Shown here piece by piece: positions 13,866 to 25,800 of a DNA stretch of 64,000 bases. Below the pieces are notes generated by a model. That model searched no databases. It worked only from the letters and a program-made list of their open reading frames with translations, and was not told where the DNA came from. The position numbers and the translations under genes were made by a program. This stretch comes from Lepidodermella squamata. Taxonomy: Eukaryota; Animalia; Gastrotricha. The stretch is taken from positions 3,658,001 through 3,722,000 of the forward strand of contig JBLDXI010000013.1 in NCBI GenBank assembly GCA_047495785.1, in the 5' to 3' direction. Every line of letters starts with the position of its first letter. Within the stretch, counting starts at the first letter, position 1.

Positions 13866-14941
13866 TATTCCCACATAGGCATGGTTAAATTTTGCCATGG
13901 AGAAACATATGTTTCTCTATGGCTAGAAATGTTTCTCCATGGCAACCAATAATTTCTCTTTGGGTTGAAACTGCCACAAATTTGGGCAGCATTTCGCTCA
14001 GAATTTGCCTCAAAACCCCCAGAAAAGTCACTTGAAAGTCACTAGAACAGTGAAAACCCCAATTTTATTTAAAAGCAATTTCGCGTCCAAAAATAAAAAT
14101 TTGACCAAATGAGGCCGAAAGCGAGGTCGTCGAAATCTCTTGCTGGCAGCTGAGGCGATGCCGATCCGGTTTTCCCTCCGGAATCGCGGTTTTGAGCAGC
14201 AACAGAACGTCAGCGACTAGCCATAGCAACGTTAGAGGCGACAATGACTGCTTTCTCGGCGAGTCTTCGACCGGCAAAATTGACCCATATCCACGATTAA
14301 TTTCCGCCGCGACCTGAATACCATCGGATACCATGAAGCGAGCGGATGGCTTTTATCGTTGCCAGTCTCCCAAACGACGCGATGTAGATTCATTGATTTC
14401 TGTGCGAAACCAGCTGGCTGACGATCGACTTGAGTGGCTTCATGGAGGCAACGCTTTGTTTGTTTCCAGAATCCATCGAACCAATGCAACTGATGATGCC
14501 GGCTTGATGATCGGGGCTTGATATCGGCGCTCTGTTCCATGAATCTTGACTACTGATGCTTCGGCCAGCCGGAGAGCATGACGATTTCGACGACGAATGA
14601 GGGTTGACCAAAAATCAAGTTGCAAACAAGAAAAAATTCGCCGGAATGAAAAATGATTTTCTTTAAAAACGAAGAATCATTTTCGTGAAATTTTAAGTTG
14701 GATGTTTTATTTTCTCAAAATGGTTACTGTGAATTCACCCCTGTGTACCTAAATCACCCATTTGTGGAGCCCAGGAGTGTTATGCGTATGTGGGAATAGG
14801 ATTACTCTATGGCAAACCATGGAGAAATATAATTTCCCCCCTCTCTGGAACCCCTCGATTCGTTTGGCTGCGCCAAACTCACTCGGGGTTCCAGATCGGG
14901 GGGAAATTATATTTCTCCATGGTTTGCCATAGAGTATTCCC
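13866..14941. mobile_element. Probable non-autonomous DNA element with palindromic ends
   Basis: TATTCCCACATA (13866) is inverted at TATGTGGGAATA (14787); CCATGGAGAAA motifs occur at both ends; the segment interrupts a GST 3'-flank that is contiguous in the paralogous flanks near 6650 and 8610. Confidence 0.5.
14803..14936. repeat. Long inverted repeat (hairpin or cruciform)
   Basis: Perfect 39-bp arms TACTCTATGGCAAACCATGGAGAAATATAATTTCCCCCC (14803-14841 and 14898-14936), extended inward by TCTGGAACCCC/GGGGTTCCAGA. Confidence 0.9.
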
Positions 14942-15256
14942 TTATTTCCCTTACACGCGACTGATAAATTTCCTGAACAAATTATGAGCTTTAATTAATA
15001 AAGTAATTCATATTAATTGCTCCTTTTTCAAGCTGATGAACGCAATATTTTTCTATCTCCCTCATCTCCTTCGGGTTATCTACAATTTGGAGGAAAGAGT
15101 AGGACGTAGGACTCGCCATAAGAATTATGTACCTGAATATTTTTTATTGCGACAATACAATGAAGTGGCAGCTTAACATATAACGCTTCAGGTGTCATTC
15201 ACGTGTAATAGCAATCAAGCAGCTATCGTCTATTAATCAAAGTTTTAGCTGACACC

Positions 15257-16201
15257 TCAGAATGTGTATTGAGGACGCTTCTGAAGCCAAGCGGCAATGC
15301 TCGGGATAGCTTCGACGGTCTTGCGAATTGCGGCCAGTTCAGGGAACTTGGCCTCAAACTCCTCAATGGTGATGAACTTGTCGCGTTTTACAGCTGAGAA
15401 AATATAACGCCAACGTAAATTACGAGCGAAATCAGAAAATTATACGACTTACTTGGCATAACCATAATTTCGTGAGTCGCGACGAAGACGATGCAAGCAA
15501 AAGCAATATCAGCGTAGGTCACCTTATGCAATAAATATTAATTATGAGAAATTTTGTAGAATAAATAAATTACCGAATCGCCACCAGCGACGAATTTACC
15601 GCCTCCCTCCTTGTGAATTTTAGTCAACAGATTGAAAACAGCCGGCATTTGAACGTCCTTCAAGGCATTGAAAGCCTGTTCCTTCTTAGCCGGGTCCTGT
15701 TCCTGAACGACCTTGACGTCAGCCACCATCAAATCTTGGATGCTGAATTATCAAAAAATAAGAATACATCGAAAGAATGAAATTTGTTCACCTTTCGTAG
15801 ATGATATCAGCATTTGTGATTTCTTTCTCGGTTTTGCCCTGGAAGTCGAAACGGCGGGCAAGGGCTCGTAGAATCGATCCCGACTGGATCAGGCAGTGAT
15901 GCTGGCCATTCTCGTCGTCAAACTCGAAAATCGGCAATTGACCGAGTGGGGTGGCTAAAGATCAAAGATATTCCAAACTTATGCAATTTTTAACAAAAGC
16001 TCACTTGGCTTGACTTTCGGCCATTCAGTCATCGCGACGAGTTTGTCTTCGAACGGAATCTGTAAAATAGCTGGTAGAAAATCATTGAATGGAATGCGAG
16101 GTCAAACTCACATTGAGGTAAGACAAGGCCACGCGAAGCATTTCGACCTTTCCTCGGCCGGGAAAGTAGGTCACCTTGGCGTTCTTGATAGCGGGGGCCA
16201 T
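15257..16201 (-). CDS. Sigma-class-like GST, GST6a
   Basis: MAPAIKNAKVTYFPGRGKVEMLRVALSYLN..TPLGQLP..AAWLQKRPQYTF-TGA; 6 exons. Confidence 0.92.
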
Positions 16202-17049
16202 TATTATTTGATGAAAAATCTACCCAAAAAAGAAGTTTTGTTTAAATGGCGAAGAAACCAAGCTGCTTTATAGCCTTTCTTCGGACGGGAAAGTAGGTCA
16301 CTTTCGCATTCTTGATAGCGAGAGCCATTATTATTTGATGAAAATCTACCCAAAAAAGAAGTTTTTTCATTAATGAGGAAGAAACCAAGCTGCTTTAATA
16401 GGCTGAACAACAAAGCATCACGTGCGCTATGATGAGGAGAAAAGCTGCCACGCCGGCAAATTGTGCGTGATAACCAGGGGCGTATTTTATTTTAAACACG
16501 CGTTTCACAAAAAAGTATATCTACACAAAAATGCCGCCCCAATTTAGACAGCTATTTGTTTTTTTTTAACTTTGCTAGCCAGGTGAATTTTTCAAACGAC
16601 CATCCAAAAAGTCGGTCAATTTAAGATGTTCTCAATCATGACGCTGGAGTGTCGGAATTGGGTTCAGTTTGTAGGGAAACCTCGATCATTGTGTATTGTT
16701 CAACCTCAGAACTAAGGCAACTTTGATACTGTCAGGAAATCCACTTCAAACCAAAACATTTTTGAACAGCGGCGCCTGTATGTATGGAAATAATGCAGGA
16801 GTTCTTAGGCTTGATGCCACGATTTTACCTCGATTTATGGCTAACTATTTAGTCCCACAGATTCCCGACGACTGAATAAGTGAGTGACGCTTCGATCAAT
16901 TACACATTACACACACCTTCCTTCGTTTGTGGCAAGCTTCCAAGTAAACACCACTAGAAGCAGATTTTATTGCCTAATCGTCAATGATATTTACGCAGAG
17001 ATAAGCTTTGATCCTAAGCATCAATTTGAACAAGAAAAGTCGATTGTTT

Positions 17050-17538
17050 TCAAAATTTGCTATCGGGTCGCTTGCTGAGCCAATCCGCAATCGCTGGGAT
17101 CGCCTCGATCGACTTTCGTAGCACAGCCAAACCCGGGTAGTTCGCTTGAAATTCTTCATCGGTGATAAGAATCGGTCGAAAGGCTCCTGAAAAAATCGAT
17201 GAATCATTCACTGCGATTTAATTTATTCAAAAGTTTACCTGGGGCGACTGTAAATTCGTGGCTCATTGAATAGACGACGACAATAAATGCAATGTCAGCG
17301 TAGGTCAACTAATTTATCAACATTTAAATTCAAAAATTCAAAAAAAAGAATTTTTATTGCTAAAAAACTTACTGAATCACTGGCGATGAATTTAGTTCCA
17401 CCAATTGTGTAAGTTTTCTCGAGGTGCTTCAGAACTGTCGGCAGTTGAACATTCTTCATTTCGTCGGCGGCTTTTTGCTTCCTAGCAGGGTCCATTTCCC
17501 AGACGACCTTGCCATTTGTAACAACCAGGTCTTGCAGG
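17050..17538 (-). pseudogene. Orphan exons 4-6 of GST7 (5'-truncated copy 1)
   Basis: Matches GST7 exons 4-6 (LQDLVVTNGKVVWEMDPARKQKAADE..KRPDSKF-TGA) with intact splice sites; exons 1-3 are not in the repeat unit. Confidence 0.88.
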
Positions 17539-18179
17539 CTGAAATTAAAATTGAAATAATTGATTGAACTGACAACGAAGGGAGTGCGTCATTTTGACCC
17601 AAGACACCTTGGCCTAACGTAACATTTCGACCCAATGACATTTTGACCTACGACACGCTGCCCCAATCGTCATCTTGACCCAACTATTTCCATAATAATT
17701 TATTTATTTGAAAAACGGGTGACGACATTTTGACCCAAAAGACATTTCGACCCAAATTAAGGTATCTCTGGAACCCCTCGATTCGTTTGGCTGCGCCAAA
17801 CTCACTCGGGGTTCCAGATCGGGGGGAAATTATATTTCTCCATGGTTTGCCATAGAGTATTCCCTTATTTCCCTTACACGCGACTGATAAATTTCCTGAA
17901 CAAATTATGAGCTTTAATTAATAAAGTAATTCATATTAATTGCTCCTTTTTCAAGCTGATGAACGCAATATTTTTCTATCTCCCTCATCTCCTTCGGGTT
18001 ATCTACAATTTGGAGGAAAGAGTAGGACGTAGGACTCGCCATAAGAATTATGTACCTGAATATTTTTTATTGCGACAATACAATGAAGTGGCAGCTTAAC
18101 ATATAACGCTTCAGGTGTCATTCACGTGTAATAGCAATCAAGCAGCTATCGTCTATTAATCAAAGTTTTAGCTGACACC

Positions 18180-19124
18180 TCAGAATGTGTATTGAGGACG
18201 CTTCTGAAGCCAAGCGGCAATGCTCGGGATAGCTTCGACGGTCTTGCGAATTGCGGCCAGTTCAGGGAACTTGGCCTCAAACTCCTCAATGGTGATGAAC
18301 TTGTCGCGTTTTACAGCTGAGAAAATATAACGCCAACGTAAATTACGAGCGAAATCAGAAAATTATACGACTTACTTGGCATAACCATAATTTCGTGAGT
18401 CGCGACGAAGACGATGCAAGCAAAAGCAATATCAGCGTAGGTCACCTTATGCAATAAATATTAATTATGAGAAATTTTGTAGAATAAATAAATTACCGAA
18501 TCGCCACCAGCGACGAATTTACCGCCTCCCTCCTTGTGAATTTTAGTCAACAGATTGAAAACAGCCGGCATTTGAACGTCCTTCAAGGCATTGAAAGCCT
18601 GTTCCTTCTTAGCCGGGTCCTGTTCCTGAACGACCTTGACGTCAGCCACCATCAAATCTTGGATGCTGAATTATCAAAAAATAAGAATACATCGAAAGAA
18701 TGAAATTTGTTCACCTTTCGTAGATGATATCAGCATTTGTGATTTCTTTCTCGGTTTTGCCCTGGAAGTCGAAACGGCGGGCAAGGGCTCGTAGAATCGA
18801 TCCCGACTGGATCAGGCAGTGATGCTGGCCATTCTCGTCGTCAAACTCGAAAATCGGCAATTGACCGAGTGGGGTGGCTAAAGATCAAAGATATTCCAAA
18901 CTTATGCAATTTTTAACAAAAGCTCACTTGGCTTGACTTTCGGCCATTCAGTCATCGCGACGAGTTTGTCTTCGAACGGAATCTGTAAAATAGCTGGTAG
19001 AAAATCATTGAATGGAATGCGAGGTCAAACTCACATTGAGGTAAGACAAGGCCACGCGAAGCATTTCGACCTTTCCTCGGCCGGGAAAGTAGGTCACCTT
19101 GGCGTTCTTGATAGCGGGGGCCAT
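18180..19124 (-). CDS. Sigma-class-like GST, GST6b (copy of GST6a)
   Basis: Second triplication unit, offset +2923. Confidence 0.9.
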
Positions 19125-19972
19125 TATTATTTGATGAAAAATCTACCCAAAAAAGAAGTTTTGTTTAAATGGCGAAGAAACCAAGCTGCTTTATAGCCTT
19201 TCTTCGGACGGGAAAGTAGGTCACTTTCGCATTCTTGATAGCGAGAGCCATTATTATTTGATGAAAATCTACCCAAAAAAGAAGTTTTTTCATTAATGAG
19301 GAAGAAACCAAGCTGCTTTAATAGGCTGAACAACAAAGCATCACGTGCGCTATGATGAGGAGAAAAGCTGCCACGCCGGCAAATTGTGCGTGATAACCAG
19401 GGGCGTATTTTATTTTAAACACGCGTTTCACAAAAAAGTATATCTACACAAAAATGCCGCCCCAATTTAGACAGCTATTTGTTTTTTTTTAACTTTGCTA
19501 GCCAGGTGAATTTTTCAAACGACCATCCAAAAAGTCGGTCAATTTAAGATGTTCTCAATCATGACGCTGGAGTGTCGGAATTGGGTTCAGTTTGTAGGGA
19601 AACCTCGATCATTGTGTATTGTTCAACCTCAGAACTAAGGCAACTTTGATACTGTCAGGAAATCCACTTCAAACCAAAACATTTTTGAACAGCGGCGCCT
19701 GTATGTATGGAAATAATGCAGGAGTTCTTAGGCTTGATGCCACGATTTTACCTCGATTTATGGCTAACTATTTAGTCCCACAGATTCCCGACGACTGAAT
19801 AAGTGAGTGACGCTTCGATCAATTACACATTACACACACCTTCCTTCGTTTGTGGCAAGCTTCCAAGTAAACACCACTAGAAGCAGATTTTATTGCCTAA
19901 TCGTCAATGATATTTACGCAGAGATAAGCTTTGATCCTAAGCATCAATTTGAACAAGAAAAGTCGATTGTTT

Positions 19973-20461
19973 TCAAAATTTGCTATCGGGTCGCTTGCTG
20001 AGCCAATCCGCAATCGCTGGGATCGCCTCGATCGACTTTCGTAGCACAGCCAAACCCGGGTAGTTCGCTTGAAATTCTTCATCGGTGATAAGAATCGGTC
20101 GAAAGGCTCCTGAAAAAATCGATGAATCATTCACTGCGATTTAATTTATTCAAAAGTTTACCTGGGGCGACTGTAAATTCGTGGCTCATTGAATAGACGA
20201 CGACAATAAATGCAATGTCAGCGTAGGTCAACTAATTTATCAACATTTAAATTCAAAAATTCAAAAAAAAGAATTTTTATTGCTAAAAAACTTACTGAAT
20301 CACTGGCGATGAATTTAGTTCCACCAATTGTGTAAGTTTTCTCGAGGTGCTTCAGAACTGTCGGCAGTTGAACATTCTTCATTTCGTCGGCGGCTTTTTG
20401 CTTCCTAGCAGGGTCCATTTCCCAGACGACCTTGCCATTTGTAACAACCAGGTCTTGCAGG
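19973..20461 (-). pseudogene. Orphan exons 4-6 of GST7 (5'-truncated copy 2)
   Basis: Second triplication unit, offset +2923 from 17050-17538. Confidence 0.88.
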
Positions 20462-21102
20462 CTGAAATTAAAATTGAAATAATTGATTGAACTGACAACG
20501 AAGGGAGTGCGTCATTTTGACCCAAGACACCTTGGCCTAACGTAACATTTCGACCCAATGACATTTTGACCTACGACACGCTGCCCCAATCGTCATCTTG
20601 ACCCAACTATTTCCATAATAATTTATTTATTTGAAAAACGGGTGACGACATTTTGACCCAAAAGACATTTCGACCCAAATTAAGGTATCTCTGGAACCCC
20701 TCGATTCGTTTGGCTGCGCCAAACTCACTCGGGGTTCCAGATCGGGGGGAAATTATATTTCTCCATGGTTTGCCATAGAGTATTCCCTTATTTCCCTTAC
20801 ACGCGACTGATAAATTTCCTGAACAAATTATGAGCTTTAATTAATAAAGTAATTCATATTAATTGCTCCTTTTTCAAGCTGATGAACGCAATATTTTTCT
20901 ATCTCCCTCATCTCCTTCGGGTTATCTACAATTTGGAGGAAAGAGTAGGACGTAGGACTCGCCATAAGAATTATGTACCTGAATATTTTTTATTGCGACA
21001 ATACAATGAAGTGGCAGCTTAACATATAACGCTTCAGGTGTCATTCACGTGTAATAGCAATCAAGCAGCTATCGTCTATTAATCAAAGTTTTAGCTGACA
21101 CC

Positions 21103-22047
21103 TCAGAATGTGTATTGAGGACGCTTCTGAAGCCAAGCGGCAATGCTCGGGATAGCTTCGACGGTCTTGCGAATTGCGGCCAGTTCAGGGAACTTGGCCT
21201 CAAACTCCTCAATGGTGATGAACTTGTCGCGTTTTACAGCTGAGAAAATATAACGCCAACGTAAATTACGAGCGAAATCAGAAAATTATACGACTTACTT
21301 GGCATAACCATAATTTCGTGAGTCGCGACGAAGACGATGCAAGCAAAAGCAATATCAGCGTAGGTCACCTTATGCAATAAATATTAATTATGAGAAATTT
21401 TGTAGAATAAATAAATTACCGAATCGCCACCAGCGACGAATTTACCGCCTCCCTCCTTGTGAATTTTAGTCAACAGATTGAAAACAGCCGGCATTTGAAC
21501 GTCCTTCAAGGCATTGAAAGCCTGTTCCTTCTTAGCCGGGTCCTGTTCCTGAACGACCTTGACGTCAGCCACCATCAAATCTTGGATGCTGAATTATCAA
21601 AAAATAAGAATACATCGAAAGAATGAAATTTGTTCACCTTTCGTAGATGATATCAGCATTTGTGATTTCTTTCTCGGTTTTGCCCTGGAAGTCGAAACGG
21701 CGGGCAAGGGCTCGTAGAATCGATCCCGACTGGATCAGGCAGTGATGCTGGCCATTCTCGTCGTCAAACTCGAAAATCGGCAATTGACCGAGTGGGGTGG
21801 CTAAAGATCAAAGATATTCCAAACTTATGCAATTTTTAACAAAAGCTCACTTGGCTTGACTTTCGGCCATTCAGTCATCGCGACGAGTTTGTCTTCGAAC
21901 GGAATCTGTAAAATAGCTGGTAGAAAATCATTGAATGGAATGCGAGGTCAAACTCACATTGAGGTAAGACAAGGCCACGCGAAGCATTTCGACCTTTCCT
22001 CGGCCGGGAAAGTAGGTCACCTTGGCGTTCTTGATAGCGGGGGCCAT
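21103..22047 (-). CDS. Sigma-class-like GST, GST6c (copy of GST6a)
   Basis: Third triplication unit, offset +5846. Confidence 0.9.
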
Positions 22048-22895
22048 TATTATTTGATGAAAAATCTACCCAAAAAAGAAGTTTTGTTTAAATGGCGAAG
22101 AAACCAAGCTGCTTTATAGCCTTTCTTCGGACGGGAAAGTAGGTCACTTTCGCATTCTTGATAGCGAGAGCCATTATTATTTGATGAAAATCTACCCAAA
22201 AAAGAAGTTTTTTCATTAATGAGGAAGAAACCAAGCTGCTTTAATAGGCTGAACAACAAAGCATCACGTGCGCTATGATGAGGAGAAAAGCTGCCACGCC
22301 GGCAAATTGTGCGTGATAACCAGGGGCGTATTTTATTTTAAACACGCGTTTCACAAAAAAGTATATCTACACAAAAATGCCGCCCCAATTTAGACAGCTA
22401 TTTGTTTTTTTTTAACTTTGCTAGCCAGGTGAATTTTTCAAACGACCATCCAAAAAGTCGGTCAATTTAAGATGTTCTCAATCATGACGCTGGAGTGTCG
22501 GAATTGGGTTCAGTTTGTAGGGAAACCTCGATCATTGTGTATTGTTCAACCTCAGAACTAAGGCAACTTTGATACTGTCAGGAAATCCACTTCAAACCAA
22601 AACATTTTTGAACAGCGGCGCCTGTATGTATGGAAATAATGCAGGAGTTCTTAGGCTTGATGCCACGATTTTACCTCGATTTATGGCTAACTATTTAGTC
22701 CCACAGATTCCCGACGACTGAATAAGTGAGTGACGCTTCGATCAATTACACATTACACACACCTTCCTTCGTTTGTGGCAAGCTTCCAAGTAAACACCAC
22801 TAGAAGCAGATTTTATTGCCTAATCGTCAATGATATTTACGCAGAGATAAGCTTTGATCCTAAGCATCAATTTGAACAAGAAAAGTCGATTGTTT

Positions 22896-25800
22896 TCAAA
22901 ATTTGCTATCGGGTCGCTTGCTGAGCCAATCCGCAATCGCTGGGATCGCCTCGATCGACTTTCGTAGCACAGCCAAACCCGGGTAGTTCGCTTGAAATTC
23001 TTCATCGGTGATAAGAATCGGTCGAAAGGCTCCTGAAAAAATCGATGAATCATTCACTGCGATTTAATTTATTCAAAAGTTTACCTGGGGCGACTGTAAA
23101 TTCGTGGCTCATTGAATAGACGACGACAATAAATGCAATGTCAGCGTAGGTCAACTAATTTATCAACATTTAAATTCAAAAATTCAAAAAAAAAGAATTT
23201 TTATTGCTAAAAAACTTACTGAATCACTGGCGATGAATTTAGTTCCACCAATTGTGTAAGTTTTCTCGAGGTGCTTCAGAACTGTCGGCAGTTGAACATT
23301 CTTCATTTCGTCGGCGGCTTTTTGCTTCCTAGCAGGGTCCATTTCCCAGACGACCTTGCCATTTGTAACAACCAGGTCTTGCAGGCTGAAATTAAAATTG
23401 AAATAATTGATTGAACTGACAACGAAGGGAGTGCGTCATTTTGACCCAAGACACCTTGGCCTAACGTAACATTTCGACCCAATGACATTTTGACCTACGA
23501 CACGCTGCCCCAATCGTCATCTTGACCCAACTATTTCCATAATAATTTATTTATTTGAAAAACGGGTGACGACATTTTGACCCAAAAGACATTTCGACCC
23601 AAATTAAGGTATCAGGACCGAAAAATAATTAAACTTCATTTTTATTTTTATTTTGATCATGCCACAGACCGGTTTTGATCGAAATAAGGCTTGAATCTTG
23701 AAATAATTTGAATGGGTCACCTGTCACCTTGGCAGGCCCATTTTCTGCCACAGGCAGCTCTCCGGTATGGCTAAAGCTAGGTTCACGGACTTTGCGACTG
23801 CGCGACAAGTGTCGCTCGCGACAACGCGACTGTCGCGGGTGTGTCGCACGAAAACAGCGACGCGACACACACAGATAGTCACGCTTGAAAATTCTGTCGC
23901 GCGCGACAAACTTTTGTTTTGGCTCAACTCCGGGCTCCGTCCGACTCCCAAGCGTGGGTCGCGCAATTGCGGGTAAAAGCGGAATAAAATTATGAAAAAT
24001 TACAAAAAAGTTTCTAAACATTTTTGGCCGCGCGCGCTGACGTCAAAGGGCTGCTTTACAATTTCGCGGCGGTTTTTGTTCTGAAATTAAATCTACACAA
24101 TTCTCTATCGAATGAATATAGGCTTCTCGCGCGAATAAATAAAGTTAAAGCCTATATACCTGATATCGAGTCCGAATAAGCGTTGTCGCGTTGTCGCGCC
24201 CAAAACAGCCGATTTTCCCCCTCGCGACGCGACACGCGACAAAATCCATTGTTCTTTCTGTCGCTCGCTGTTACGCAACGGCCGTCCAGCCCTATTGTTC
24301 GCGCGCCTGTCGCGTCGTTGAGTCCGTGAACACCCTAGCGTTTTGTCGCGCGCAACACTGATGCGACACCCGCGACACGCGCGACACCGCCGAGTCCGTG
24401 AACAACTGCGCGACTGTCGCGCGCGACTCCGGATTTGTCGCGCCGCTCAGTTGTCGCGCGCGACAAATCGCGAGTCCGTGAACCCAGCTTAACGTCTGGT
24501 AAACTTCGGCTCTAATCGGGTCGTTCATTGATGCGAAACGAAAATTTGAAACTTTCTTCGATCGCAATCCTGAGAGAATGCGAGATATCCTAGGCCAACT
24601 TTTTATTTTATTAGGAATTTCGGAAAAATTACGGATTCGACAGCTCGATTCAAAACACTACCGCTTATTTTTCGCTATATTTCCAGCGGTTCATCTAAAC
24701 GCTGGCCGTCTAAAAGGGCCATTTTCGCTTGGTTATCTGTTTTTTTTACTTTCAATCTCAGTCACCCAAAAGATAATTTTGGTCATCTAATCTAATCAGT
24801 CATCTAATCTGCAGCGTTTCCGACATGCCTAATAATAAAAATGTTGGCCCAATATAAACCGTGCGCGAGCCTCATCTCCTTTGTGTTACTCACAAGTGTT
24901 ACCCACCGCTGCTAGACGAGCTACTCAGCGGCGTGTTCAGCGCGCACGGCGGAAAATTAATCCGAGACACCACAAACACCTGACTCTATCGCCGATATAT
25001 GGACGCGCGCGCGCGGTTGAGTTACGCTCGTCAAACCGCAGCGAAAAGTAAACAATTTTGGGTCGAAATGTCGATGTAAGCCCCATTTTGCGAGTTGGGT
25101 GGCACGTGTTTTTATCACTTCAAGAGCTTCAAGAATCGTCATCAGGAAGAGCGCGCGCATAAAAATCAGTGATCAATCCTTGGGGTAGTAGTGTTATCTG
25201 TTCCACTTCCTCGAAGAAGACATCATCAATCATCAGTCCCCCGCCTTAACGGTGACCACATCGCTTACAGAATAACCGCGGTGAAAAAGTCAGCTGGCAA
25301 CACTGTCTAGGACGAGAGCCCCATAATTAGAAGCGCTTTCATTATCGGGAGACCTTTCAGGGCTAGGTAAATGAAAGGAACAAATACATTTGTTGCGCCA
25401 CTTTTCATTAATCCAACCGAATGCTAGCGTGAAAAGCGTGTTTCTGACTCTTTCGAAAATGGTATAGAATTCATAGAAATAGGGCGATGAAATGGCAAGG
25501 GAATGAAATCCGGAGATAACAGCATAAAAACCGACGCTAAATTATTTAAATTTTGTATCAAGTTTGTTTTTCTCTAATTTTTCAATTTCTCTCATAAAAC
25601 TTTCATGTGAGATATCTCAGCTATTCTGAGGTAAGTATTTGAATAATAATACTGAAATAGTAAATAAATGTTGGTTCTAAGTGTCGTTTGGGTCAAGGTG
25701 TCGCGGATTTTAAATAAAATTCATACAAATACAATTATTTTGGGGCAAAATGTCGATTAGTACAAAATGTCTTGGGTCAATTTGTCGCGATATCGATTTT

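Larger units (their letters stand above)
14842..23613. repeat. Tandem triplication of a 2923-bp unit
   Basis: ORFs recur at an exact 2923-bp offset (15538, 18461, 21384); junctions AAGGTATC|TCTGGAACCCC at about 17765 and 20688; copy 3 has one extra A in a poly-A run near 23190. Confidence 0.97.

Noticed and set aside
14065-14625. Overlapping short ORFs inside the palindromic element
   Set aside because: No recognisable domain or splice structure; probably non-coding element interior.
17580-17760. CRISPR-like short repeats (GACATTTTGACCCAA)
   Set aside because: Degenerate, about 15-bp abutting subterminal repeats of a foldback transposon; no unique spacers, no cas genes, eukaryotic context.
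23629-25160. Arg/Ala-rich ORFs in GST7 intron 3
   Set aside because: By-products of CpG-rich CGCGAC repeats in nested MITEs.
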